From Pseudolabrys sp. (lineage in GTDB: Bacteria > Pseudomonadota > Alphaproteobacteria > Rhizobiales > Xanthobacteraceae): DNA of 50,458 nucleotides. Below are positions 27,595 to 37,838 of this stretch, in pieces. Within the stretch, counting starts at the first letter, position 1. Every line of letters begins with the position of its first letter. The DNA lies in NCBI GenBank assembly GCA_035549515.1, contig DASZQT010000403.1, forward strand, positions 1-50,458. The letters are read 5' to 3'. The notes below the pieces were generated by a model, which ran no database searches, was not told where the DNA came from, and worked only from the letters and a program-made list of their open reading frames with translations. The position numbers and the translations under genes were made by a program.

Positions 27595-28767
27595 ATGGAG
27601 TCTTGTCTTTCCGAATCGGCGATTGATTTGAACGCTCCCTTGAACATCCTGCACATCTATCGCGCCCCGGTCGGCGGCTTGTTCCGCCACGTGCTCGATC
27701 TGGCGCGGACGCAGATCGCACGCGGGCATCGGGTGGGCATGGTGGCCGACAGCCTGACCGGCGGCTCGACCGCCGACGAGATTCTGCGCGAGCTGGAGCC
27801 TTCGCTCGCCCTCGGCCTCACCCGTATTCCGATGCGGCGGCATATCGGGCCGGGCGATCTGCCCGCTCTCCTGCATGTCACCCGCCGCGTCGCCGAAACC
27901 AAGGCCGACGTGGCGCACGGCCATGGCGCCAAGGGCGGCGCCTTCGCGCGCATGGCGCTCGGCAGCCGACGCGCACTGCGCGCCTATACGCCGCATGGCG
28001 GCAGCCTGCTCTACGGTCACGACACGATGTCGGGCAGATTCTATCTGGCGACCGAACGCTTCCTGATGTTGTGCGGCGACCTGTTCCTGTTCGAAAGCGC
28101 CTATAGCGCCGAGATTTTCCGCCACAAGATCGGCACGCCCAAGGGCCTGGTGCGCATCGTCCATAACGGCGTGACGCGCGCCGAATTCGCGCCGATCGAG
28201 ACCGCCGCGGACGCCACCGACCTCGTCTTCATCGGCGAACTGCGGCCGGTGAAGGGCGTCGACATTCTCATCGATGCGTTGGCCGAGTTGCGCGGCCACG
28301 GCCGCGCGGTGACGGCCACGCTGGTCGGCGACGGTCCCGACCGTGCCGCCCTGCAGGCGCAGGTCGACCGGCTCGGGCTCGCGGACCTGGTTCATTTCGC
28401 CGGCGCGATGCCGGCACGCGAGGCGCAGAAACTCGGCCGCATCATGGTGATACCCTCGCTGGCGGAGTCCCTGCCCTACGTGGTGCTGGAGACGGTCGCC
28501 GCCGGCATGCCGTTGATCACCACCAATGTGGGCGGCATTCCCGAGATCTACGGGCCGCGTTCCGATTGTCTGGTGGAACCACGCGACCCCGGCGCACTTG
28601 CGCGCGCCATCGCGCAGGCGATTGACCACCCCGATGCCACCGCCGCGCTGATGGCCGATCTGCGCGAGCGGGTGGCGCAATCCTTTTCCGTCGACAGCAT
28701 GGTCGAAGGCGTGCTTGCCGCCTACCGCGACGGGCTCGAGAAGCTGCGCCTGCAAGGTCGCCGTTAA
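27595..28767 (+). CDS. Glycosyltransferase family 4 (UppD-like)
   Basis: RAPVGGLFRHVLDL, HGHGAKGG, YTPHGGSL, KGVDILI, ESLPYVVLE, TNVGGIPEI; start uncertain. Confidence 0.92.
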   Translation: MESCLSESAIDLNAPLNILHIYRAPVGGLFRHVLDLARTQIARGHRVGMVADSLTGGSTADEILRELEPSLALGLTRIPMRRHIGPGDLPALLHVTRRVAETKADVAHGHGAKGGAFARMALGSRRALRAYTPHGGSLLYGHDTMSGRFYLATERFLMLCGDLFLFESAYSAEIFRHKIGTPKGLVRIVHNGVTRAEFAPIETAADATDLVFIGELRPVKGVDILIDALAELRGHGRAVTATLVGDGPDRAALQAQVDRLGLADLVHFAGAMPAREAQKLGRIMVIPSLAESLPYVVLETVAAGMPLITTNVGGIPEIYGPRSDCLVEPRDPGALARAIAQAIDHPDATAALMADLRERVAQSFSVDSMVEGVLAAYRDGLEKLRLQGRR

Positions 28768-28779
28768 GCGACATTTAAC
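28764..28779 (+). promoter_or_regulatory. CtrA-binding site upstream of the priming transferase
   Basis: TTAA-gcgacat-TTAAC, an exact TTAA-N7-TTAAC match. Confidence 0.65.
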
Positions 28780-28883
28780 ATGTCCGCTAAGGCTTTCTTG
28801 AGAGTCTTCCCCTAGGAATTTCCGGGAAATTAAGGGAGTGCCTGCGGAGCGCGCGCGGCGCATTCGCGGCATGGCCGCAGGCA

Positions 28884-30431
28884 ATGACCGACACCGATAC
28901 CCAGCCCTCAACGGCTTCCGACGACGCCAACGGGAAAGGCGAGCCGGCGCGCGCTGGCGCGCGGCCGACGCATCCGTCACCGCCGCTCTCGCCGGAAGCG
29001 CTGGCGCTCGCCGCCAAGCCGCTGGCGACCCCGATCTCGCCGATCGTGCTTGCCGGCACCGTGCGCATCAGCGAATTCGTGCTCATGGTGACGGTCGGCA
29101 TGGTGCTGTTCGCGGCCTATCTGCCATCCGCGCTGGTCGGGCGCTATCTGATCGCCACGCTGGCCATCGCGACGCTGTCGACCCTCGCCTTCCAGATCGC
29201 CGACATCTATCAGGTGCAGGCCTTCCGGGGACTCGAGAAACAATACATGCGGATGGCCTCGGCCTGGTCGGCGGTGTTCCTGGTTGCCATCAGCGCCTCC
29301 TTTTTCGCCAAGGCCGGTGAATTGTTCTCGCGGCTGTGGCTCGGCACCTATTACGTCGTCGGTCTTGTCGTGCTGGTCGGCTCGCGCCGGCTGTTGTTTC
29401 ATGCGGTGCGCAAATGGACGCGCGAGGGCCGCCTCACCCGCCGCACGGTGATCGTCGGCGGCGGCCCGGCCGGCGCGCGCGTGATCGAGGAATTGCGCCG
29501 GCAGAAGGACTCCGGCGTCGAAATCGTCGGCCTGTTCGACGACCGCGGCGACGACCGCACCGGCACCGAATGCGCCGGCGAGCCCAAGCTCGGCAGCGTC
29601 GACGACCTGGTCGAATTCGGCCGCCGCACCCGCGTCGACCTCGTCATCTTCTCGCTGCCGATCTCGGCGGAAGGCCGCATCCTGCAAATGCTGAAGAAGC
29701 TGTGGGTGCTGCCGGTCGACATCCGGCTGGCGGCGCACACCAACCGGCTGCAGTTCCGTCCGCGCTCCTACTCCTATATCGGCAATGTGCCGGTGATCGA
29801 CGTGTTCGACCGCCCCATCGCCGACTGGGACGTCGTGATGAAATGGCTGTTCGACAAGATCATCGGCGGCCTCATGCTGCTGTTCGCCCTGCCGGTGATG
29901 GCGATCATCGCAATCGCGATCAAGCTCGACAGCCGCGGTCCGGTGTTCTTCAAGCAGCGGCGCTACGGCTTCAACAACGACTTGATCGAGGTCTACAAGT
30001 TCCGTTCGATGTATGTCGAGGCGACGGATGCGCATGCATCCAAACTCGTCAGCAAGGGCGATCCGCGCGTCACGCGCGTCGGCCGCTTCCTGCGCAAGAC
30101 CAGCCTCGACGAATTGCCGCAGCTCATCAATGTGGTGATCAAGGGCAATCTCTCGCTGGTCGGCCCGCGCCCGCACGCGGTGCAGGCCAAGGCCGAGGCC
30201 CGCCTCTATGACGAGGCGGTCGACGGCTATTTCGCCCGCCACCGCGTCAAGCCCGGCATCACCGGCTGGGCGCAGATCAACGGCTGGCGCGGGGAAACCG
30301 ACACGCAGGAAAAGATCCAGAAGCGCGTCGAGCACGATCTCTACTACATTGAGAACTGGTCGGTACTGTTCGACCTCTACATCATGCTGCGCACGCCCTT
30401 CGCGCTGCTCAAGACCGAGCACGCCTATTGA
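28884..30431 (+). CDS. Undecaprenyl-phosphate glucose phosphotransferase (WcaJ/UppE-like priming transferase)
   Basis: N-terminal TMs; [68 protein letters not shown]. Confidence 0.95.
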   Translation: MTDTDTQPSTASDDANGKGEPARAGARPTHPSPPLSPEALALAAKPLATPISPIVLAGTVRISEFVLMVTVGMVLFAAYLPSALVGRYLIATLAIATLSTLAFQIADIYQVQAFRGLEKQYMRMASAWSAVFLVAISASFFAKAGELFSRLWLGTYYVVGLVVLVGSRRLLFHAVRKWTREGRLTRRTVIVGGGPAGARVIEELRRQKDSGVEIVGLFDDRGDDRTGTECAGEPKLGSVDDLVEFGRRTRVDLVIFSLPISAEGRILQMLKKLWVLPVDIRLAAHTNRLQFRPRSYSYIGNVPVIDVFDRPIADWDVVMKWLFDKIIGGLMLLFALPVMAIIAIAIKLDSRGPVFFKQRRYGFNNDLIEVYKFRSMYVEATDAHASKLVSKGDPRVTRVGRFLRKTSLDELPQLINVVIKGNLSLVGPRPHAVQAKAEARLYDEAVDGYFARHRVKPGITGWAQINGWRGETDTQEKIQKRVEHDLYYIENWSVLFDLYIMLRTPFALLKTEHAY

Positions 30432-30500
30432 GCGCAGCCACGCCGCCAGGCGGCGGCGATCGCGCATCCAACCTCAAAATCGGATTGAAAGAACCGCCCG

Positions 30501-31322
30501 CTATTTACGGGCGACGATATAAGCGTAGCTCGCGAGCGGACGCATGTCGGACGACTGCGCGAGGCCGCTGAACCACTTGTGCACGTCGCGCACGAGCGGG
30601 AAGCGCACATAGTAGTTGTGCCCGTAGAACGGCAGAATGGCGATCTCGCGATAGCCGATCTTCGACAGCATCGGCCGCATGGTGCCTTCGGTGGCGAAGC
30701 ACCACGAATAGCGCGCCGGGAACACCGGGTCGTCTTCGTCGGTGCGGTGGGCAAACATGCGTTTCACGATGGCCGCCGCGAGCGCGTCGGGCAGCAGCCA
30801 GTTGAGCACGAAGGGCACCGAATAGAAGGTCGGAATGAAGGCCATCGCCACCCCGCCCGGCGCCAGCACCTCATAGAGATTGGCCCAGGCGCGCTGGCCG
30901 TCGGCGACGTGCTCGAACACCATGCGCGAGAAGGCGAGGTCTTGCGTATTCAAGAGGTGGCCGACGCCCGAGAGATCGCCGGCGATGTCGAAACAAGCGG
31001 TATTATAGCCAGGCGGCAGCACCGCGAGTTCCTTCGGCGAGATGTCGTTGACCGTCATCTCGACGCCGAGTTCCTCGATCTCCGCCGGCGTGAACAGCGG
31101 GTCGCGCCCGCCGCCGACTTCCAGGATGCGATGCGCCTTGAGCGCGATGCACAGGTCGTGCACCACCCGCTTGTAATTGTCCCAGGCCCAGTCCGACTTG
31201 TTTTCGATGTGGAGCGCGGCCAGCGCCGCGGCAAGCCCGAGCGGAGCGTTTGCCCCCGCCGCCGCTTGGCTTTGGGTCGCTTCGGCCGCTCCCGGCCGCG
31301 TCAGGGTGTCGGGCGCCAGCAT
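30501..31322 (-). CDS. Class I SAM-dependent methyltransferase
   Basis: ILEVGGGRDP motif I, VNDIS, DLAFSRMVFEHV, VLAPGGV; start ATG 31322. Confidence 0.85.
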   Translation of the reverse strand: MLAPDTLTRPGAAEATQSQAAAGANAPLGLAAALAALHIENKSDWAWDNYKRVVHDLCIALKAHRILEVGGGRDPLFTPAEIEELGVEMTVNDISPKELAVLPPGYNTACFDIAGDLSGVGHLLNTQDLAFSRMVFEHVADGQRAWANLYEVLAPGGVAMAFIPTFYSVPFVLNWLLPDALAAAIVKRMFAHRTDEDDPVFPARYSWCFATEGTMRPMLSKIGYREIAILPFYGHNYYVRFPLVRDVHKWFSGLAQSSDMRPLASYAYIVARK

Positions 31323-31489
31323 TTTGTCGACCTGTCGGTTGCGATGGCTTTGATAGTTCAGTAACGGCTCGCGCTTAAAATACCGTTGAGATCGATGCTG
31401 CAATTTGAAGCGTTTTCGGCCCGCGCCGCCATAAATGCGCCGGCCGGCGGGTGCAAGCACGCGTTCCGCGCCTCTTCGTGAAAAAGGGA

Positions 31490-32782
31490 ATGAGATCGCC
31501 CGTGCTTGCTGCCAGTGACATCGCGTTGCCGTCGCCGCCAATCGCTCACCCGGTGGCCGCGCCGTTCACCGAGCGACTTCTTCTGGTCGTGCTCTTCATC
31601 ACCATGGCACTGAGCTCGATCGCCGTGATCGAGCCGTCCCCGCACGACGCGATGATGGGCGTCCTACTGATCACGAGCTTCATAGCCGGTGTGCGGTTTT
31701 ACCGTCTGTTGGCAGTCCCGCTTCTGCTGCTCCTGGTGTGGAATGTCTCCGGCATGATCGCGCTCACCAACGCGCTCGGCCACGAAAAAACGGTGCAATA
31801 TACCGGGACCTCGCTCTATCTCGCGGTGGCCGGACTTCTCTTCGCCTGCCTGTTCGCGGATCATACGATGCCGCGGCTCTCGGCCATGCGCATCGGCTAT
31901 CTGATTTCCGCGATATGCGCGGCGCTGGCCGGCATCGCCGGTTACTTTCATCTATTCCCCGGCGCCGACATGTTCGCGCCCGACGGCCGTGCGCTGGGTC
32001 CCTTCAAGGACCCGAACGTGTTCGGCCCCTATCTGATCTGGCCCGCGCTCTTTCTCGTCTTCCGTATGCTCACCGAGCGCGTTCGCGTTCTCGACCTCGG
32101 CGTGCTCGCGATACTCCTGATGGGCCTGTTACTCGCCTTCTCGCGCGGCGCCTGGTTTCATTTCACGCTGTCGGCGCTGGTTACGATCACGATCGGATTC
32201 CTGACCGCACCCAACCACGCCGCCCGCCTGCGCATCTTCGTCCTCACAGCGGTCGCGATCGCGACACTGGCGGCACTGCTCGTGTTTCTGCTCTCGTTCA
32301 GCGCGATCGGCAACATGTTTACCGAGCGTGCCCACCTCATCCAATATTACGACGTCGGACAGGGCGGCCGTTTCCGCCTGCAGGAATTGGCGCTGACCGA
32401 CCTGTTGAACTGGCCCGGCGGCATGGGGCCATTCGAATTTGCCCGCATCCACGGGGTGCAGCAACACAACGTCTATCTTCAGGCGTTTCTGGTCTATGGC
32501 TGGACCGGTGCGATGGGCTACATCCTGCTGCTGCTGACGACGATCTATGTCGGTCTGCGGACGTCCTTGATACGCACGCCTTGGCAGCCTTATGTCATCA
32601 CCGCCTTCGGCGCCTTCGTGGGCGAAGTGGCGGAAGGTTTTGTGATCGACACCGATCACTGGCGGCATTTTTATCTATTGCTGGGCATTATTTGGGGACT
32701 CGCGGTCGCCACACTGCGGGCGCGCGCGCGCCGGCAAAGCGCGCCGCAAAACATCCGCTGGGCTCAGACGGGCCTTAACTAA
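31490..32782 (+). CDS. O-antigen ligase/Wzy-like membrane protein (UppF-like)
   Basis: Many TM segments; IEPSPHD, GRALGPFKDPNVFGP, FSRGAW, HNVYL, IDTDHWRHF. Confidence 0.9.
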   Translation: MRSPVLAASDIALPSPPIAHPVAAPFTERLLLVVLFITMALSSIAVIEPSPHDAMMGVLLITSFIAGVRFYRLLAVPLLLLLVWNVSGMIALTNALGHEKTVQYTGTSLYLAVAGLLFACLFADHTMPRLSAMRIGYLISAICAALAGIAGYFHLFPGADMFAPDGRALGPFKDPNVFGPYLIWPALFLVFRMLTERVRVLDLGVLAILLMGLLLAFSRGAWFHFTLSALVTITIGFLTAPNHAARLRIFVLTAVAIATLAALLVFLLSFSAIGNMFTERAHLIQYYDVGQGGRFRLQELALTDLLNWPGGMGPFEFARIHGVQQHNVYLQAFLVYGWTGAMGYILLLLTTIYVGLRTSLIRTPWQPYVITAFGAFVGEVAEGFVIDTDHWRHFYLLLGIIWGLAVATLRARARRQSAPQNIRWAQTGLN

Positions 32783-32786
32783 GAGG

Positions 32787-33731
32787 CTACGCCACTATTT
32801 TTGTGCCGACCGGCTGGTAGCGTGGGCGGTTGCTTTCCAGCAGATGCCGCCGCCGCAGCGACACCGCCAGATGGCTGTACCAGGCATCGGGCAGGATCGT
32901 CGTCAGGAAAAGCGCGGCAAGCCCTTTGGCCAGCGATATGCTGCCGCTTCCGTCGCGCGTACGCCGCCACAGCGACAGGATCGCCCAGGGCCGATAGAGC
33001 TCGGGATGCTTGCGGCGGATCGAACGCCACAACGCGGCGTGCACGCGCGAGGACCGGTCGAGCAACATGCCCTCGCGCGCCATGGCGTAGACATAATAGG
33101 GTTGCGGTATCTCGATTCCGCGATACCCGTGTGCCGAAAGACGGAGGGTGAATTCCCAGTCTTCGTAACCGTCGCGCATGCTTTCGTCGTAGCCGCCGAC
33201 AGCATCCCAACACGACTTGCGCAGCAGAAGGCCGGACGGCGTCGGATTGGTAAAGAGCAGGTCGAAACGGTTGAAATGCCGCTCCAGGAAACCGGTCGCG
33301 ACACCGGTGAGCCGCATGTGACTGAACACGACGGCGACATCCGGCGGCGCGCTCCGCATCAGCGCGACCGCTTCGGCCAGGAACGGCGGCTCGAAGGCGT
33401 CGTCGCAGTCGAGCGGAGCGACGAGTTCGCTGCGCGCGGCGCGGATCCCGGTATTGCGCGCACCCGAGAGCCCGCGATTTTCCTGATGGATCACGCGTGC
33501 GCGACCTTCGAGCGCAGTCAGCTTGCGCAGCGTTTCTGGATCGGTCGATCCGTCATCCACGATGACGATCTCGAAGTCACGAAAGGTCTGGCGATCGAGC
33601 GACGCCATCAGCGCGTCGAGAAAGCGGCCGCCGTTATAGCAAGGCACGACAACACTGACCGCGGGAACGCGTCCCGCCGTCGCGGCGCCGCTCGTTTTCT
33701 GGTCCGCAGACTGGCCTGCCGATGACATCAT
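32787..33731 (-). CDS. Glycosyltransferase family 2
   Basis: VSVVVPCYN, VDDGSTD, NRGLSGARNTG, LDCDD, GGYDE, YEDWEF. Confidence 0.93.
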   Translation of the reverse strand: MMSSAGQSADQKTSGAATAGRVPAVSVVVPCYNGGRFLDALMASLDRQTFRDFEIVIVDDGSTDPETLRKLTALEGRARVIHQENRGLSGARNTGIRAARSELVAPLDCDDAFEPPFLAEAVALMRSAPPDVAVVFSHMRLTGVATGFLERHFNRFDLLFTNPTPSGLLLRKSCWDAVGGYDESMRDGYEDWEFTLRLSAHGYRGIEIPQPYYVYAMAREGMLLDRSSRVHAALWRSIRRKHPELYRPWAILSLWRRTRDGSGSISLAKGLAALFLTTILPDAWYSHLAVSLRRRHLLESNRPRYQPVGTKIVA

Positions 33732-33896
33732 TTCGCTTCTTAGACTTGCGAAGATGCACGCAATATTGGCGGCTTCGGAACAATTTTCCATTAATCCGCC
33801 CACATGCGAAGCGACGCGGTTTCACCGGACGCAGTGAGAAATCGTTCACCATGATCCTTAAGCTAAAACTGCGCAGTCGCCGTTAACTTGCCGCCC

Positions 33897-35246
33897 ATGG
33901 TCCCGCACAGTCCGACTGCCGGCCGCGCATCCTTCCTGCATGAACGCGCACGTATCATCGCGAGCGTGCTGCCGATGCGCTACTTCCTGTTGCGCGTCTT
34001 CACCGCGGGCGCGGCCGTGCTCGCCGGCCTGGTGCAGACCTTCGTGTTCGCGCGCGTGCTTTCGCCGGAACTATTTTCTATCTACATCCTGATCGGAACG
34101 CTCGGTATCTCGCTCTGGCTGTTCGACCTGGGCGCGGCCAAGATCCTGTTCGTGCGCCAGCGGCGGCAGTTTCTGGAAAAGGCGGCCGACCCGGCCATCG
34201 CCGCGCAATCGAGCGCGGTGGTGCTGTTCTATGCGCTGATCGTTGCGGCCGGCACACTGGTTTGTTTCGCGATCATGCTGACGCGCCCGTGGCTGCCGCC
34301 ATGGCAGGCCGGCGAGCTCGCGCTGTTCTTTGCGTTCTCCGCGCTCAATCTGGTGTGGTTCCCGCTGCGCAATGTGAGCAATGCGGTCGACCGCTTCATC
34401 TATTTCGAGACGCTGGAGACGCTGCGCCGCATCGGCCATATCGGCATGACGCTGGCGCTGTTGGCCGGCCTGCCGCTGCCGGTCTTTCTGGTGCTCGCCA
34501 ATCTGTTCTGGTTCGTGCTGATCGGTGTCTGCTTTGCGAGCCTGGTGCGCGAGAAGGCGCTGGTCGCGCGGCTGGGCGGGCTTGTCGGCGCGCTGACGTC
34601 GTTCTGGTACGACAGCCGGCGCGAGATCCTGCGCAGCGGCAATTACGCGGTCGGCGAGCTTGTGGTCTACAGCTTCCCCTATCTGGTGGTGCCGGCCGCC
34701 TTCGGACTGGGCGCGCCGACCATCATCCTCGATACCGTGTTCAAGGTGTTCCGCGGCACCACGCTGATCTATGCCGCCGGGCTCGATCCCTTGGTGCCGC
34801 GGCAGACGCGCGCCTTCGCCGAGCGCGACGCGGTCAGCCTCAGGCGGGCGACCTGGACCGCTGCCGTCCTGTGCGCCATCCCGACGCTGGTGCTTTGCGC
34901 GCTGCTCCTGCTCGCCGGCGACCGGTTGTTCGCCATCCTGCTCGGCAAGGCCGCCACCGTGCCGCCGGCGGCGGTGTGGGTCCTGGTCGTGCTGCTTATC
35001 GCCAACCTGGCGCAGAACGTGGCGAGCAGCCTGCTGCTGCATACCGGGTTTTTCCGGGAACTGGCGCGGGTGGCGAGCTTTTTGATCGTCGCCATGGCGA
35101 TCATGACCATCATCATGTTCCTCGCCGGCACCGACATCGTCGGCTTCATCGGCGGTTACGCGGCGGTCTATGTGGCCGGTGCCGCCCTTTACATCCGCTA
35201 TGCCTTGCGCGGGCCATTCCGGGTCGCCGTCCAACCCAAGGCCTAA
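33897..35246 (+). CDS. Putative Wzx-like polysaccharide flippase
   Basis: Multi-TM protein with an N-terminal FVFARVLSPELF...FDLG pattern typical of Wzx; located in the EPS cluster; start uncertain. Confidence 0.65.
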   Translation: MVPHSPTAGRASFLHERARIIASVLPMRYFLLRVFTAGAAVLAGLVQTFVFARVLSPELFSIYILIGTLGISLWLFDLGAAKILFVRQRRQFLEKAADPAIAAQSSAVVLFYALIVAAGTLVCFAIMLTRPWLPPWQAGELALFFAFSALNLVWFPLRNVSNAVDRFIYFETLETLRRIGHIGMTLALLAGLPLPVFLVLANLFWFVLIGVCFASLVREKALVARLGGLVGALTSFWYDSRREILRSGNYAVGELVVYSFPYLVVPAAFGLGAPTIILDTVFKVFRGTTLIYAAGLDPLVPRQTRAFAERDAVSLRRATWTAAVLCAIPTLVLCALLLLAGDRLFAILLGKAATVPPAAVWVLVVLLIANLAQNVASSLLLHTGFFRELARVASFLIVAMAIMTIIMFLAGTDIVGFIGGYAAVYVAGAALYIRYALRGPFRVAVQPKA

Positions 35247-35277
35247 AAACGCCTGTTCAGGGCCGGCAGGACAAAGG

Positions 35278-35306
35278 TTGCGCCGCGAAAGGCGCGTCCC
35301 TATAGT
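35278..35306 (+). promoter_or_regulatory. Sigma-70 promoter of tRNA-Pro
   Basis: TTGCGC-N17-TATAGT followed by a GC-rich discriminator. Confidence 0.7.
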
Positions 35307-35321
35307 CCGCGCCGTTCCGGT

Positions 35322-35399
35322 CGGGGCGTGGCGCAGCCCGGTTAGCGCGCTTGTCTGGGGGACAAGAGGTCGTGGGTTCAAATCCCGCCGCCCCGACCA
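35322..35399 (+). tRNA. tRNA-Pro (GGG)
   Basis: Acceptor CGGGGCG/CGCCCCG, anticodon arm CTTGT-ctGGGgg-ACAAG, T-loop GTTCAAATC, encoded ACCA end. Confidence 0.97.
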
Positions 35400-35453
35400 G
35401 AAACATCGCTCACCCGTGCCGGCCGGTCGCCCTCGGCGCGCGTTCGACCAACG

Positions 35454-36974
35454 CTAATCCGCCGCCAACAGCGAAACGCCCAGTCTGGCACGCCGGCGCA
35501 ACCAGGTGGTCGCGCGGTACTTCGGGTCGAGCGTGATGGCGTGCATGCCGTCGAGCACCGCCAGCACGCGCGCCGGCCCCAACATGTCGCCGAGCGCAAG
35601 CGGGCCTTTCGGATAATTGAGGCCGAGCTCGACCGCCGTATCGATGTCGGCCGGCGCGGCGATGCGCAGTTCGGCGATACGGGTGCCGACGTTGACGATC
35701 ATGGCGCATAACCGCTGAATAACAAACCCGGTCGAGTCGTTGATGACGGTCACAGGCGCTTTCGTCGCGGCGAGCGCGGCCGCTGCCTCGCCCAATGTAT
35801 CCGCCGAGGTGAGCGGGTTTTTCATTAGTGTACGGCGGCCCCCGAAGCCCCCCAACATATCGACCGCGACGGTGCGCGTGGGATCGAGCTTGAGCCGCAG
35901 CGCGACCTGCGTGCAGTCCTCGCCGAGCGGCGTCACAAAACAGAGCGCGCCCGCGTCCGGCGCGCCGCCGAGCTGCACGGTGAGGCCAGCGCCCCTGAGC
36001 AATTCGGCCAGTTCGGCACCGCCGTCCTCGTCGGCAACCCAGGCGCGCTCCGGAACCGGTCGCTCCTGCACGGTCACCGTTGGCGGCGAAGCCGTGGCCT
36101 CGCCGTCGTAACGATAGAAGCCCTGCTTGCTCTTGCGGCCGAGCAGGCCGCCGGCCACCCGTACCGTCATCTGCGCCGACGGCTGATACATCGGCTCGTT
36201 GAAATACTGCTCGTAGACGCTGACCATCACCGCATGGGTGACGTCGCCGCCAATGAGGTCGAGCAGTTCGAACGGCCCCATGCGGAAGCCGGCCGCCTCC
36301 TTCATCAACAGATCGACCTCGCGCGGGCTCGCAATGCCTTGCGACACGATGCGCAACGCCTCCGGTCCATAGGCGCGGCCGGCATGATTGACCACGAAGC
36401 CCGGCGTGTCGGTCGCCACAACCGGATGCTTATTGATCCGCCGCACGAAACCGACCAGCGCGTCGACGAGCGCCGGATCGCCACGCAAGCCCCCGATTAC
36501 CTCGACCAGCTTCATTAGCGGCGGCGGATTAAAGAAATGCAGGCCACCGACGCGCTGCGGCCGCTCGCAACCGGCGGCGATCTCGGTCACCGACAGCGAC
36601 GACGTATTGGTGGCGAGCACAGCGTCGGGCGCCATGCGCTTTTCCAGTTCGCGAAACAGCGTGCGCTTGACGTCGAGGTTCTCAACGATCGCCTCGATGG
36701 CGATCCCGGCGCCCGCCGCCTCGTCGAGCGAGGCGATCGGCCACAGATGTTGCATGGTGTGGTGCTTGTCGTCGGCCGAGATGCGGCCCTTGGCCACCTG
36801 CCCCTCGAGGCCCTTGGCGACCGCATCGAGCGCATCTTGCACGGCACCCTCGCGGGTATCGAACAGCAAAGTTGTCAGTCCGGCCTGGGCGCAGACCTGC
36901 GCGATGCCTCGCCCCATGGTGCCGGCGCCGATCACCAGCACCGTCAGATCGGAGGCCTTCAGATCGATCGCCAC
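35454..36974 (-). CDS. 3-hydroxyacyl-CoA dehydrogenase (PaaH-like, about 500 aa)
   Basis: GAGTMGRGIA, EAIVENL, ATNTSSLS, GLHFFNPPPLMKLVEV, DTPGFVVN, MGPFELLD, LNYPKGP. Confidence 0.93.
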   Translation of the reverse strand: MAIDLKASDLTVLVIGAGTMGRGIAQVCAQAGLTTLLFDTREGAVQDALDAVAKGLEGQVAKGRISADDKHHTMQHLWPIASLDEAAGAGIAIEAIVENLDVKRTLFRELEKRMAPDAVLATNTSSLSVTEIAAGCERPQRVGGLHFFNPPPLMKLVEVIGGLRGDPALVDALVGFVRRINKHPVVATDTPGFVVNHAGRAYGPEALRIVSQGIASPREVDLLMKEAAGFRMGPFELLDLIGGDVTHAVMVSVYEQYFNEPMYQPSAQMTVRVAGGLLGRKSKQGFYRYDGEATASPPTVTVQERPVPERAWVADEDGGAELAELLRGAGLTVQLGGAPDAGALCFVTPLGEDCTQVALRLKLDPTRTVAVDMLGGFGGRRTLMKNPLTSADTLGEAAAALAATKAPVTVINDSTGFVIQRLCAMIVNVGTRIAELRIAAPADIDTAVELGLNYPKGPLALGDMLGPARVLAVLDGMHAITLDPKYRATTWLRRRARLGVSLLAAD

Positions 36975-36977
36975 GGC

Positions 36978-37757
36978 TTACTTTCCTTCGAAATTCGGTT
37001 TTCGCTTTTCCAGGAAAGCGCGCATGCCTTCCTTCTGATCGCGCGTGGCGAACTGCAATTGGAGCGCCTTGCGCTCGAGCATCAGCGCGGTCTCGAGCGG
37101 CGCGTTCAGGCCGGCATGAACGATTTCCTTGATCTGCCGCACCGACACCGGCGGCATCGCCGCGATCTCGCGCGCAATGTCGAGCGCGCGCGCCAGCGCC
37201 TCGCCGGTCGGCGCCACCTCGCTCACCACGCCCATCTGCAGCGCCTCGGCCGCGCCGAACATGCGGCCGGTCAGCATCAAGAGCATGGCGCGTTTGGAGC
37301 CGATCAGGCGCGCCAGTTTCTGCGTGCCGCCGCCGCCCGGGAGGATGCCGACTTTGACCTCCGGCAGTCCGAGCTTGGCGTTCTCGCCTGCGACGATGAT
37401 GTCGGCGCACAGCGCCAATTCGAGGCCGCCGCCGAGCGCGAAGCCTTCGACCGCGGCGATTACCGGCTTCGGACAGTCCATGATGGTGCGCCAATATTGC
37501 TGCACATTCCGCGCCATGATCTCGATCGGATCGGCCTCCGCCATTTCGGCGATGTCGGCACCGGCCGCGAACACCGTATCCGAGCCGGTGATGAGGATGC
37601 AGCGCGTGTCGGCGTCACTGCCGTAATGCCTGACGGCGTCGGCGAGCTGGCTGCGCAGCACGGTGTTGAGCGCGTTGCGCACCTGCGGCCGGTTGAGCCG
37701 CAGCACGACGATGCCGGGCACGGCCTGCTCGATGAGGACTGGATCGGACCCGGGCAT
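36978..37757 (-). CDS. Enoyl-CoA hydratase (PaaF-like)
   Basis: LNRPQVRNAL, FAAGADI, ALGGGLELAL, GLPEVKVGILPGGGGTQ, EGMRAFLEKRKP. Confidence 0.93.
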   Translation of the reverse strand: MPGSDPVLIEQAVPGIVVLRLNRPQVRNALNTVLRSQLADAVRHYGSDADTRCILITGSDTVFAAGADIAEMAEADPIEIMARNVQQYWRTIMDCPKPVIAAVEGFALGGGLELALCADIIVAGENAKLGLPEVKVGILPGGGGTQKLARLIGSKRAMLLMLTGRMFGAAEALQMGVVSEVAPTGEALARALDIAREIAAMPPVSVRQIKEIVHAGLNAPLETALMLERKALQLQFATRDQKEGMRAFLEKRKPNFEGK

Positions 37758-37838
37758 GGAATGGCTCGCAAGGAAGGCTAAGGGCTCAAAAGCCCGCTTT
37801 GCCTATCATGCGGCTTTGTCGCTGCCAACGCAGTCGGA

